Origin: Tubulanus polymorphus
Taxonomy: Eukaryota; Animalia; Nemertea
Assembly: GCF_964204645.1 (NCBI RefSeq)
Contig: NC_134029.1
Location: 5,084,001-5,148,000 of the forward strand
Length of the DNA: 64,000 bases
Direction: 5' to 3'
This document shows positions 48,202-62,500 of this stretch, one piece after another. Under the pieces are notes generated by a model. The model saw only the letters and a list, made by a program, of their open reading frames with translations, did no database searches and was not told the origin of the DNA. The position numbers and the translations under genes are program-made. The number at the start of each line of letters is the position of its first letter. The stretch's first letter is position 1.

Positions 48202-51200
48202 CTGCAAATAAAAAAAGCAGAACAATGTAAATAAACGGTAAATCTATCGCAAAAATTGAGATGTCCATAGAGACATCATGCAATTAATCATTGTGAAATA
48301 TATCAATAGATTCGAACGCACACTACGTTATCAACCATAGTTTGGGCCAGACTCTGGCAATTTTATTAATTGATATTTTGCCTAATGAAGCCTTTTCCGC
48401 TAATCCCGGACGGAAACATAATCAAACACTCTAATGCGCGCACAATTTCCGAAACAAATATATATGATTGTGAAGCAAACAATGAGCTATTCTTAGGCGA
48501 ATTTTCAAGAAAAAATACGAGCCCGAAATGAATGGCATTTTTACTCGTGATAATCGGATTATGTGGGAAAAACGAAGCGATATTTGCGACGGAACACACT
48601 TTTGCGAGTAAATTAGTCGAGCATATGAACCGGACAGCAACTTATTATAGCGCAGGCGCACTTTTCCTTTGTAGTATCATAATTACATTTCTAGCAAGAC
48701 CTGGTAAAACTCTTATGGGCGATCCGTCTTTTTCAATAACCGGGAAAAAAATAGCGTAAGTAATTTACAACGATATTTTATTCACAGCGTAGTAGAATAT
48801 GACTGGCGGTCATTATTTACTCATGCAGTAGTGCCCCTGGGATGTACATGGCCAAACACTTCAGCTATACGACTTATTACGAAAAAGATGGATTACTACG
48901 AGATTAGGTATGGCACGTTCACGACTCGGCCAGTAAGAGTATACGCGGCCAAGGTCTACGTCACAGAAAAGTGAACAGCGAATGAGATTTCTCTCGGGAG
49001 CCTGATGAAGTCACAGCACCTTCGCGTTATCGCGCACAAATTCAATACAATTTCCATACATGAATGCCAATAGTGACGTCTTTTTATCAAGCGTACATGT
49101 TCCTAAATCAGCGGCGAAAACGCTGGCCTTAAGCAAGCAACGGCTTCCGGTTCGACGGGGTTTGCTGGCGATAAGAGTCATTTACCAAGTCAACGAGAAA
49201 ATACACCGTATAATTCACCTCGTTAGCCTCAAGTAGCGAGAGAGCGAGAAAGGGATGCGCATTTTTTACGCGAGGGTTTCGAAAGTTCTCTTTGACATCA
49301 ATGACGACCAAAGATCACAAGAAGCGAGACATGTCAACATTCTTATTTTAATATAACGCAAAGGAAAAGGAAAATGAGCCCGCCTCACTGACTTTGTGGC
49401 TTTTTACGGACATAATTACTCTTCGTTATGGACGCTTTGGTGACGTTTTTATCGACAGATCATACAAAATCGTATGCGCCCATTAGTCTCATTATAATGT
49501 ATGTATATATAATCACCGTCTTCTAAGGCTTTGTCAGGTACAATGCATAACCAAGTTACTAGGTCTTATTGAATTAGACTTTGTGTGATACTTTAGACAT
49601 GTCTAGAATTTGGTAATAGGTACGTACACGTATATATAAATAGTAATGACGAAACTTTCTTTATGATTGTGGCGCCAAAATTGTAAGGACACTGTTCGCG
49701 ATATGGAAATCGTGGATACAGTATCGAGTGTGGCGTTCATCAGTTCAGTGGATAACCGATCTAATGCCTGTCAATGTCGCTACGCAGGCAGTCTCTGAAA
49801 GAAATCCAAACTGTGGTCATAGATTTCAATCAATACGTCCGCGACCCAAACCTCAGAAAATGAGGAAACGTCGTAGAAACTCGACAACACCAACGCCGGG
49901 CTTGAAAGAAAGTTCATCTAAATCTTACACTTGACTATCGAGGCCCGCGAAATCTCGGCGATCTTTCATGCGCGAAACAATATACGCTCGATTTTTAAAC
50001 AATTAATAATTAACGGAGAATTGCCACTCATCTGACCTGAATATAAATGAAGATCTATCGCGGACGTGTTTCAAGTGCTCTTTTTGAATGCACTCATCAA
50101 ACATTGAGCTCGTCGAATGAGTTATTAATTGCCAATGGTTTTTGTGACTTCGACGGCATGTGGAAACAAACTCGTACCGAATGCAATAAAATGAAGTGTA
50201 TTCGCTGATTGTTTTCTAACGCCATCGTAATGTTTCGAAAGAGGTCCGACCTCAATGAATATACCGGTCAACTCTACAATCTTCGCAAGTCGACAAACTT
50301 TACTTGGAAAATTTCCTATGAAAGACTTAATCAATTTCGGTGGTCCTCCAACTTATTACCTCATGGTATACTAAGCAGTGAGATGTCTATGATACCAACA
50401 TAATCAACGTTGAGTAGGTTTTGCTCCATGTAGCATCACAAGAGTGACGTTTTCGGAAGTTTTAGCTGCGTCTTTCTAATTATGATTACTGGCCCGGGTG
50501 TGGCATATTCGTCATGATTGCGGGTATTTATCAAGTGCCGATAGATTCATGCGTTCACCTGGGACACAAACTTCAGAGTTTTGTTATAAATCTCCTAAAA
50601 AATACACGTATCTATAGATACTGCACGAATACGACGCCACGATATCAGTTTCGATTCTGGTAGTGAGGCAACGTGACAAACAAACAAGACATTGCCGGCG
50701 AGAATCGAGAGAGAAGCACCCGCCCCGGGCGATTTACAAAACAAATCCATACCTAAACTGAAAGCGAAGTCTGTAATTTCCGCCATGACATTAATTTTTC
50801 CATGTACCAACATTATGGTTGTTCTAAACATGATCGAACCGGGTATACGACCGAAACAAGGTTTACTAGTTACATTCGTTTGAAGTTGTCATCGTACACG
50901 AATATTTAGTGTAGTCGAAGTTTGCCGTCTGAAAAGCGCCGAAAGGGAAATGTTATACGATCCGCATTTATGTTAGAGTAAATCACGTAAAGGCCCGTTA
51001 CAACATCGGCATTTTTTATCTAACGAAATATCTATATATTATTACCTGGCTTGTCAAGAGCGACTGTGATTGATGGTAACGATTTGGATCTAAAACCCGA
51101 GGCGTGAATGTGTCTCTTTATAACCAAAAGGGCCGTTAATAGGTACACGTTTGATTGATGCCACAAATTGTCTACATGTTAAAATAGAGCTGGGATGAAA

Positions 51201-54200
51201 AGTATATTTTTTTGAATGTATTTTCTCCTATTTCAAGTGAAAACGGGGGTTGTCTTCTAAAACGTATTTTGGAGCTTATATCTTTTAAAAACGGCCGTCG
51301 CATTCGCCATTTCGCGTGCAGATAATTGTTGCTTAATATGATAAGTTTAATCTACGGCTTTCGTGTACCACTGATCATTGATATCCGAAAACTCCTGCGC
51401 CCAAGGCAATTTAATTGAAACTATACTAAACCCTACGGGGAATTCAAGTTAGTCACAAAACATTAACGGTGGCATCAGGTGTGAGACTTTAAGTTGGGTT
51501 GATTGATTAAACTAACATTCAACCATGATGCAATTAATTTCGAAGGAACGTTAAGGACGAGTTCTTATGCCGAGGCATGACGACGCACACACTGGTAAGC
51601 GAGCAAACATCGCGAGAATTTCCTCCGAGCAGTTGAGCTCGATGAATGACCAACATCACGGACAAGTAGTTATTCATTCTTCGCCTGGTTTCTTTAAAGC
51701 TTGAGAAAATTTCATTCTATTCATATGCAGTATATATATACGTTAGATACCAAAGCATTTGAACGTATATCACAGCATGTTTAAAAGACGCGCGAATTGA
51801 ATTAAGCCTTAAACTTGAAATGTCAAAGTCATTAGTCAATGGAGCAATCATTGTAATTTCACTAAGTAAAACAGGGTTCCGATCAGATCCTAATTAGGAC
51901 GGCGTTTTATTTGCCGTATATGGCACTGACTAAACCCTTTAATACCTCGATACGACATTTACGGATTACTGACACAGTTCATCAGACAGTTCGTATATTT
52001 CAGAGCAATTTATATCAAATATATAAAACCCATGCATGGCTATACACAAGATAACAGTAAATGTAACGTTTCGAAAATAAAATCAGCTCTTTATGAGTTC
52101 CCAACGGACAAATTATTTTCAAAGATTGCACTTCGAGCGCAGGCAACACTCAATTTGTTATCCATGGCGAAACCATTAGCTGAAATCCCTGGATGCAACG
52201 AAATAATAATTCATTACATTTCGCCTTTGTGGACAATGCGTTTTATAGCGACAGATATTATATATACATTAAAATGCATGAAATATAGCAGAATGTTTGC
52301 ACTTATCATTAGTAACAGGCCATCTGATCCCCGTTTATCAATATCATCATTCTTAATTCACGTATTAAATTTTCTAGACGAATGGATATTTTTTCCCTAT
52401 TATATAATGCCATAAAAACGCGTTCTAAGCACCTTTGATTGTCGATTGTTTCGAACATACTCCTGTCGCTTGATATTACGATTAGTAATTACATTTTGCT
52501 TTGATGTTATAGATTTTATACGGATGAAAAGGATTTACTGATGTTTAACAACTCTTTCCTAGTTTATGATTCAAGGGTTATATGGCTGTTCTTTATAAAA
52601 ATGAATTATTCATTTCAAGAAAAGGACAGCCACAAATCAAAGTAATGGGCATCGCGAGATTTCGATGTGGGGCTATCCCTAATTGTCGAATTTCTGAAAA
52701 AAATCAAGAAATCGTTTATTTCAAAAATTTGCTTTGTAGCGAAGATGTAAGCGGATAAATCTAAACAGCATTTGCAGAGCATCAATGCAGCTCGGTTTCG
52801 ATTGGAATTCTGACTCAAAAATCAGTAGCGCCCCCCGTGAACCTAAATAAAGGAAAATTAGATTCAACAAAATTTTAGTCTATGCGTAAGCAAACAAAAC
52901 TTAAGTCGATAGAAAACAACCCTTGGCGGAAATTCGTTTATATCATCTGAAAAAAATTGTTCTTTTTTCCTCTGCCTACAAAAACCACAGTCAAACGAAT
53001 CGATGAAAACGGCACAAAGAGCGAAATCATTACTAGTGGTTGCCATGCAATTATAAATATCTATAAATCATTTATAAGCGATAATAGAACAATTTCAACG
53101 TTGAGTTCGATTTACGATTATTGCCCGTATAATTGAAAAAAATGAAACGGGCGACTGGCAACCGCGTGCCGGCTTTCCGAAATATTTCTTATAGTTGCAG
53201 CACGATTTAACCCTGATATCGATATTGAATTGCTCATTGAAGAAAATGTCAGAAACTATGTTTGAGTTCTGGTTTTGTCGCTAAGCCCTAAAGTATCTAG
53301 TTGCATCTATATACACTACATACAGTGTGTGTATTTGCTCGAGGCTGACAGTAATGATTGTTTTAGTTTGATTACACAAACCTCTCTGAAGATATTATAT
53401 AAAATCATTAGTTAAAATTAGAAAAAAAGTGTAATTGGTAAGGAACGAGGATGAAAGGAATCTAATACATGTTTGATGATGGCGTTTCGAATTTTCACTG
53501 ACATTTCACATTTCAGATCTTGTACATATTTGTATTCAGATATCTTTAGTGACGCGGGCAAAAAATGAAAAGCCTTTTACAACTATTTCGATGAAAGTAA
53601 ACATATATTTAGTTCAACTCGAATGAATTCCTCTGATGGAAATCGGATCGATGGATACTCGATTGTGATGAGGTTTATTTTCAGCTCTATATTGTATATA
53701 CGGCTCAGATCATAGCGTACTTCGATATCGATAACCGAACATCTGTTAACGCTAACCATGTTTTATTTCAGATTGCAAAATCATAATAAGTAACGCGATA
53801 AAATGAAAATTTTGCTCAACACTTTATCTCTTTGTTTGATTTGATCTACCCGCAGGTAAAGTAGCGTGTAGTCATTTTATTCGCCATTCGCTATCGCTAT
53901 CTGTTAATACATACGGCTAAAGTTAATGTAAATATATACACTATTCGTTGATATTCTTTGCCGTTGGTGCTTGAATTTGACCTCAGAAATGCAGCAAGTT
54001 TTGTAAATAAGGCGACCGGAAAAATGACTGCAACGCGTCCGCGCACTATCATTACCGTTAGCGAATTCCATGCGGTATGAAAGCAGTCAAAATGTCGCAA
54101 GGGGAAACTCGTCGCCGATTTCCTTCGAATATTATCGTGGTTCTTTGCCCCGTCCAACTACCAATATCTCGACAGAATGTTCTTCATTATACCGGTTGTC

Positions 54201-56867
54201 GGTTAGTGTGGCCAATATGTATTCTTGACACACGTAAAAATGAGGAGTTCGCTCAGCGTAAATCCCCAATCACCGGATTTTCGCAGGGTCGTCTTCGCTA
54301 GTATAAATTCAGTTGTTCAATATCCTCTACTCGCAGCTGCATGTGACTGCAGCACAAATTGCATTGGCCGCGTAATGTCATTGCAGGAAAAAAACGAGAG
54401 TGAACTGAACAATTCGTTGTCAGACACTGAAGTGATATCAAAGTCAATGAATACTCTAGTCCGCATGTACCAGACAGCCATCTCATCATAGAAATTGAAT
54501 TGCAGCAAGGGCTAGTGAAATGACATGATAGGGGACCGGCCACTTTATAGCGCAAGGAAAGTGGAAAGGCGTTTGGTCCGATTTTCAGAATAGTATTCGA
54601 TAAAACGTATTGTTCGACGATGATGAAAATGTCACTCAGAAATCGTCGTGGATTTTATGACCAAAATCTTTGTTTCGATGAAAAGTCACGGGCGAGGTAT
54701 TTGACAGCAGGGTCACGTGGCTGACTCACGAGTATAGCGGAGCTGTCTGACAATGAGTAGCGAAACAAGAAAAATGCATCTTTTCAATTAGCTCGCGATC
54801 AAAAACAAGCCAACAGCTTTAAATCGCGGTGGGCATATCTTGCTTGTCATGTTTGCTTCCAATACTCAGCAGGATTGCTTTTATGGTACATGATATGGCA
54901 TGCCAACAGAAAAGATAAAGTTCCCCGGAGGAACCGCTTTTAGAGTAAGCGTGGCATCTGATGACGCGAGATCAAATTTAGCCCGAGAATATTCGCCATG
55001 TTTCGAAGAACTACATTCAATATTTATAGAGTACGCCTGTTCATTGGCACTCGAGAAGAAAATCAAGTGAGAACGAATGAATGTACGGCCTCTCGGTAGT
55101 ATTTGCATAGTATTTTATTGTACATTGTACAGAATTCTGGTAAGATATTAAAGATATATCGATAATTTCACATCATATCCCGCGTTGAACGTGAGTCACG
55201 CAACGCGCCAATTAGACTACACAAACTCAATAACAATTCTTTATGTGTTCGCGTTTGGAAAGTTAGTATTCAATCGTCGACATATTCTATTATTCATACG
55301 AAAAAAGAAAATATTATATTTATGGAAGATGTCACGCCGCTTTGCAATGATGACGAGACAATGTTTCGTAAGCGACGAATCGTGTAATCTTCTATACGTC
55401 GCGTATATGAAACCGAAGAGCGCAAGATCAGTGGTGTGGTGGTAATTCATAGCAAAAGGCTTAAAAAAATTCAGTTTAGTAATATCCGCCATCAAAATTG
55501 AAATATATGGAGAGTGTCGGTGATATCTCACGTTTCGGAATCTTTTATTGCAACGATTAAGTTTAGTTTAAAGCTATACATAATCAAAATACATACACTA
55601 TTGTCAACTCGTCACAGTCGCCATCGAGTTTCGCTTATATTTGAACGTCTCCGTCTGAAGTATCCCCACACACACACGCACATGAATGAAGTCACGATGA
55701 TTGCAGCAAGAACGGCAATCGCTACGGTCAGTGAGGGCGATCGCCAGGGAGTGGCCGCCTGAAGATCAAGTCCCGAGGTAATACCATATGCTCCTGACAC
55801 ACACCAACACATTACAATACACATTAATAAGCTTAGGTTAGGTTTATAGGCCTACGATTTTAGTTTTAAAATGATAATCTTTTGAGTGATTTGAACAAGT
55901 CATCACGTAAACAGTTTGTTAATTTTGACAGGATTTAACCCGAACAAAAAAGTCGTCCTACTGTTTCATTAAGCAATATATAGGCATAGGTTGTTACAGT
56001 CACCTTAAAGCTCGTAGTTTCCAGCGGAATTAATTCACCGAGCAAAATCTCTAATCGCAAACATCTTTCCTCTCAACGGTTGATAATACACGAGCGAAAT
56101 ATCACTGATTTGCATCTGATTTGCATAATTAAAGACGCGGCGGCTTTTAATAAAATTTAAACACGCGCATCCGAGTGGAGACAAGATAGAGCTGACTATA
56201 TCTTCGAGTAAGACAACAGGCACCGGAAAGTCTGCACGAAATAACGCACTCGGCTTATAGTCGCGATAGTACAATTCATTGTGTACAAAAAACCCTGAAT
56301 ATCGACGAAGGGTTTACTTCTCCGTGTTGCCTTTAAGGCAGATTTAAGCTCTTGCAGCTCTGGTAGACCCAGCAAGGCTGGCATGCTGTTCAGAATTCTT
56401 TATACCTATTGACTTTTAAATAAAGAATCTAGATGCTTAATTTAATTAATTAAACGTTGCTTATCGTTATTAAAAAGCTATAAAACGTTTTTCATTTTAT
56501 TTCGAATAAGGAGTTGGTCTATATCGGTTTGTTGATGCCCGTAGCGTCTTTCTTTATCGTGTGTCTTATCCTTTTGTCTTTATGAATACGAGCTGAGTTA
56601 CATTGTGGGGTGCGTCATGGAGACAATTTTGCGCATATTGCCAGCGATCCTGGAAAAAGTCTAATGGGATGTATAATGCTTGTCGGCGGCCGGTGCTCTG
56701 ATGAAACTTTTATTGGTAATAATTTTTGAAATTGATCACACAGAAATCCAGTTTCGACGGTGATCGAAAGCTGTTACACAGTTTATAACATCGAATATGC
56801 TAAAATTGAATTATTCAATTCATCGCGTGGGTAATGGCTGTGTTAGAAATGATCAATCTTCTTTCTA

Positions 56868-56883
56868 CCTCCTCTTTCTCTCT

Positions 56884-56921
<38 letters not shown>
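56868..56921. repeat. (CT/GA)n microsatellite
   Basis: Interrupted (ct)n tract of ~50 bp, visible directly. Confidence 0.9.
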
Positions 56922-56922
<1 letters not shown>

Positions 56923-58405
56923 GTTTTAGTCACCGGTATATATTAAAGGCAAAGCGGCTGAAATGAACGTCGATACTTGCTTAAAAGCTTTCGTGTGTTT
57001 TACACGAGTGAAAATTATGAAAAAGTAACCCCGGATAAATCAAAGTCGACAGTGAAAACGTGATAACGCCGCAGCGATATTCGCGCGTAGGAAGAAAGCG
57101 ATGCGAGGAAAGCGCTGCAGGACATGTTGTGTGGACGAACTGCAAGTGTTCAGAATTTGAAAGCGTGGACACCGAACCAGGTGCGCCATCCTGGTTCGGA
57201 GAGTGTTCATCGAACGTGCGGTCAACGAAGCATCGCTCGACTCACTAACGCAATACCTACATCATCTCCATCCGACTGAATAAAACGAAATTAAATCTGG
57301 CCAGCGGAGCATTCAGTGTCGCGTAATCAACTGCCAATAACTCACCTCATCAAACACAGACTTATTCTTAGAATTCAGCATCATTATCCGTCAAACGGCC
57401 GAGTCGTATAAAACATCGGGCAGAATAGAGACAGGAAAAGCGAAAAAATATCGGCATTGTTATCGAGTTGATTTGATTCTAACGCGACTTTTGTCGAGGC
57501 CAAGAATGCTGTAATTTGAATTGTGACCCGGAGCCACGCATTCCGCATATGAAAACAGTGCCGGTAATTCGAGCGAGATCAAACTTAATTTCCATTTGAA
57601 GTCGCGTTTCGTGTTACCCCGTATAGAATAGAAAATGAAGTTGATATTCACTGGAAAAGAATCCAAACCGCCACTCATAAATCTCCATAAAGGAAGCCAT
57701 TAATGAACACAATACCTATATATACAATCTCGGCCTCTTGTTCGACGATTCGGCTTCATGCTCTCTCTCGAGAAGAGAATGAATTAATTAACAGACACGT
57801 TCACCCAGCTGGAGAACCTCTTGTGACATTTCCGAGTCAATATTCCGCGATTGGCCGACACGCCAATAACATTTGGGCGAGGTTAATCAAAATTAGAACT
57901 ATTGAAAATGAAATAATGCGTCACCACGTGTTACGCACTTCACAAGACGAGTACTCCGTAAACAAATACAATCCAACGACACATTCAGAACTTATCATTG
58001 CTATCCGTAAAATATACATCATTATTATATGAATTTGATTTCCATCAATTCATCCTTTATTTCATCATATAAGGGCACCTAAGAGATTCAGTGTTCGAGA
58101 CCGTCGAATCGTCGAATGAAATGTTCGCTCTAGTAAACGTTTCGGATTCGTTTTTCTATTACGCCATAACGTTTAATTAAGTCTTCTTCAATTGCACCTA
58201 TGCACGCAAGTACAAAGGATGTATAATTTCACACTTGAAGACTTAACGTTTTAGAAATTGAAGGTTTTTTGAGACCACAACACTCTGGATATTTCCAAAC
58301 ATCCACCATTATAAGCTGTCTCAGGAATTCTACCGTATGCCTGTCTGTTTATGAAGAGCCGAAATGTTGTGGGATTAATCTTAGTCACATTTCCACAAAT
58401 AAAGT

Positions 58406-59537
58406 GTGTTTCTTGTATATATCAATGATTGCCCCTCTTCTTGTAAACTCCTAGAGTCAATTTTGTTCGCTGATGATAGTAATTTTTTCATCAGCGATAA
58501 GGACCCCAAGAAACTAGAGCAAGTTTTAAATTCTCAGCTGGAGAAACTTCTTCAGTGGTTTCGAGCAAATAGGCTCTCTGTGAACGCTATTAAAACTCAT
58601 TTTATTGTCTTTGGTTATAAGTGTCTAGGTCAAATTAATCTTTTTTCGATGGACAAAGAGTTTCGCGTGTAGATAGTACTAAATTCTTAGGTGTAATTTT
58701 TGACCAGAGACTGACATGGCGGGACCATATTCAATACATCTCTCGAAAGGTTTCCCGGGGAATTGGAATCATCAATAGGCTTAAACATGTTCTTCCTTTT
58801 GGTGTTCTTAAAAATTTATATTATTGTTTTGTCAATCCACATCTTGCATATGCAACTTTAATCTGGGGTAATTCATGTAATATTTACTTGGAACCCTTAT
58901 TTCGTCTCCAAAAGAAAGCAATTCGGATAATAACACATTCTTTTTGGCTAGCACATACATCTCCAATTTTCAAGAAATTAGAAATCTTAAAGCTACACGA
59001 CATATATCAATTTCAGCTGTGCAATTTTGTCTTTAGTCAAATTAATCAAAACTTACCATCAATTTTCAATGAATTTTACTGTTTTCTAAAATCCATGACA
59101 GGGCGACCTTCTCGTCGCCCACTAAATTTAAAAGTGGAATATGCGAAATCTAACTTTAGAATGAAATCATTAAAAATCCAAGGTGCAAGATCCTGGAACT
59201 CCCTTCCCAGAAAACTCAAATCTTCGAAATCACGCCCTTTCTTTAAAAAATGCTTAACCAATTATTTGGTCGCAAAATACTAATGCCCGCAACGTGGCCG
59301 CCATTTAATTGTTTATATATGTAAAGGGTGATTCTTGTAACGAATGTGCGTGTATGTGTAAGTGATGAGTGCATGTGAGTGTGATTGTTGACCGAGGGGT
59401 AAGGACTCGTATAAGTCAAATTTTGACTTCTCCTTACTCCTCGCACTATATATTGTTACTCTGAATATAATGTATATTGTGTCGATATTTTTTGTAACAA
59501 TTTATTTTGCAAATAAAATTCAATTCAATTCAATTCA
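58406..59537 (+). mobile_element. 5'-truncated non-LTR retrotransposon (L2/Crack/Daphne/CR1 group): RT C-terminus, 3' UTR and tail
   Basis: Translation gives FLVYIND...ILFADDSNFF...WFRANRLSVNAIKT, then one frameshift at the T-run near 58641, then KFLGVIFDQRLTWRDHI...LYYCFVNPHLAYATLIWG...LQKKAIRII...WNSLP to a stop at 59283. Followed by a hairpin at 59393-59443 and an AATAAA plus (ATTCA)4 tail. Confidence 0.92.
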
Positions 59538-62500
59538 CGGACTGTACGCGTGACTCGTCAATATGCAGAAATGCCTTCGCACATCCGTACCTGAAATCAT
59601 GGCTGGCCCGTGTCATCTTATTGTATAATTTTCTTATGTACATACACGAGTGTAAAAAGCATTGACACTACTTAATCTGGACTTATTTTGTCCGATGTTT
59701 CGCGAAGCTGATACCCGGCTGAAAAGCTGAAAGGCAAATCCGTGTCGATTGTCCAATATCTTCCTGTTTAGTATCGGGTCGTCTTACAGCATCGCTGTTA
59801 TTAATTCATCTTTTCTTCGTGCGTCGCTTTTTTCTTGATTAGTTTGCCGACTAAAGAAATAACCTAGCATTCCTTGGTTACATCTATACAGGTGTACATA
59901 CATGTCGTGTCTATTCGCCTGTATATCTCGGACGTACAAAGAATGTAAGCTTTACAATACATATATAAGTAATTGCTAATTTCTGTTACTAATGGTGACT
60001 GTCCGTGACACTTGCCGTTTTGAAATTATTTCGTTGTCTCGAACACGGATCGGTACTTAACAGTCGTGTCGCCGAAATCAAAACATCCGAGTTTCTATGC
60101 ACACGATTCGACTTTCGACGAGGAATGGCTGTGTCAGTCGACTTTTTACAGATGAAAAAATACGAATATGCCGCTCTTCTTCATAACCCTGGAAACCTTG
60201 AACTCCATAAAGTCTGAACATCACTTCGAATCGAACTTAGAGATAGATAAAAAAATGAATAACAAGTGAAAATGAAAATTCACTCGTTACAGACACGGAA
60301 CGGTTTCCTTTTATCTTCCATCTGCGTCATCGATATCACAGAAATTAAATTTTCAGGTTTTGTGTATGAAATGTCGAGTCGATACTTTTCGACCCGGCGA
60401 CCAAGCCTGAGAACTGGAGCATTATCGGATGCAACCATTTTTTTTTCGTACTGAGATGAAAGTCGACATGGAACAATAATTGAGCATCTTAACCTCAATC
60501 CAGAAGACGGGTCCGACGAAAATCTTATTCATTGATATTGAGACTATATACAACGTATGGAAGAAACCAATTCAAAAATTAGGTTCCTCCACGAAAGCTG
60601 GCGATGGAGGTATTTATTATCATGTATTGCTAACACGCGTCATATTGGGCTATTTCAATCCGTTTGATGGCAATGAACCATACGTCTATATCTACTTAAT
60701 CTTATGAATATTTAATTTTTTACAATTAGAATTAGAAGTTTTCGCTACGTTCTGTTATGGTTCCTGGGTCATAAACGATATTTGCGACCAACAGGTCAGG
60801 GTGTTATGTCGGCACAGATTTTGACTTAGGGTTGATTGTCTTCTTGTGAATTTGATTGATTGATTGGTTTTATTGATCTGATTTTGTTGCTTTGGTGTCC
60901 CCGTATACAAACCCGGTAAACCTGCTAGGAACGAAACGGCGACTTTGATTTAGAAATCGGAAGTACAGGATTATAGTTGGATGGTCGGTTGAATTGAAAT
61001 AACCTTCTATCTAAATCGAATTACAATAATTGGAAATTTTGATCTCGGTTTGTCTGAACAATCTTCAATCCAGCCTAAATCGGCAAGCAACTGATCACGG
61101 TTTATTTTGTGTTGGTATACATGGTAGGGTATGATCGCATATATCGAAGCCGCATTTCTATTCTACCTATCTAAACTGATCTAATGTTTAAGAATTAGAG
61201 CTTGCATTGCAGACCAAAATCACTCGAGTACTTTATTCAAAAAAATCAAACCCGAATGTTGTATGATTATCACTCTACTTAGAGGAATGGATTTCTGCGA
61301 AATAAAGCCGGTTTCGCGTTACTTCTCATAAACAAGGCTAACCATTCGAAATAAGTCTACACGATGCAAATATGAATAATGATTTTTTTCATGTTCATAA
61401 ACTGTAAGCGAACGCTTTCCTTTGTCAAAAAGCGAGAAAGATGAGCATCGAGATGACAAACGAAAAAGATCTCTCCGGTTACCACCCCATACATTCCCTG
61501 GAAAGACAAATGATAGCAGCCCTCATAAAGTCTCGCGAACAATCTATTTATGAAATTGCCACTTTACTTTGACAACATGAAAAAAATGAAATAAGGACGT
61601 GTTAGATATTGTATATCTTTTAACGCGCAACTTTTTTGAAAACTAATTATTCAGAGTTATTCGAGCGACTCGAGGGACTTAAAAACAACGAAGTTCTCCT
61701 CTTTAGATTAGTAAAGCGCTATGAAACAAATCTTAATATCATCAATTCGAAACGTCCTCAACATTTTATTTTTCAGATTTATCATCAATTTCCAGTCGAG
61801 GCACCTGAAAACATAGTTTTCTCTTTGCAAACACCGTTACAAGCGTATAAAGCCAATGTGGAATATACTACATTAGAGGACAACTCATCAATCAACCTGA
61901 CCGAGAAACAAACGATGATATAGCCTGTTGACAAAGAATGATCCATATGCCAATAGAACCGCCACAAGCTTTCCATCATCTGGGGATTGAGTCAGGAATT
62001 AGAACGGCTACAATGAAAAAGCTGGGCAAACATTCAACAAGTCTGAAGATACTGTCCGGATCATACATATATATACGTGCGTCTAGAACGTCTTAGATCT
62101 CCCGAGACTTTGCACAGAACTCGATAGAAAGTTAGGGTAGAGTTTATTCATCATTCATTTTCACCCGAATGCTGAATATTTGATAACTCGACGAAACTGA
62201 TTTTCTGTAAGGATTACGTGTATCTAGCATCCAAAGAGAAAAGAAATACACACACGGTGATGAGCGGAAAATGGAAAAGAAAATGATGACCGATTCGGTC
62301 TTGGCATTAAAAGAAAAAAGTGATTTGCTAACAGATACATTAAGTTCAGCTACGAACTTTTTATTTTTGGCAAATCTGTGGAGTCGATATAATGAATTAG
62401 TTAGTAGGGGATCATATTGTTCATAAACGTAGAGATTATGTCAGCTTATGATCACCCGATTTCAGTTACAAGTTTAGCGTATCACCAAAAAAACGAATAG

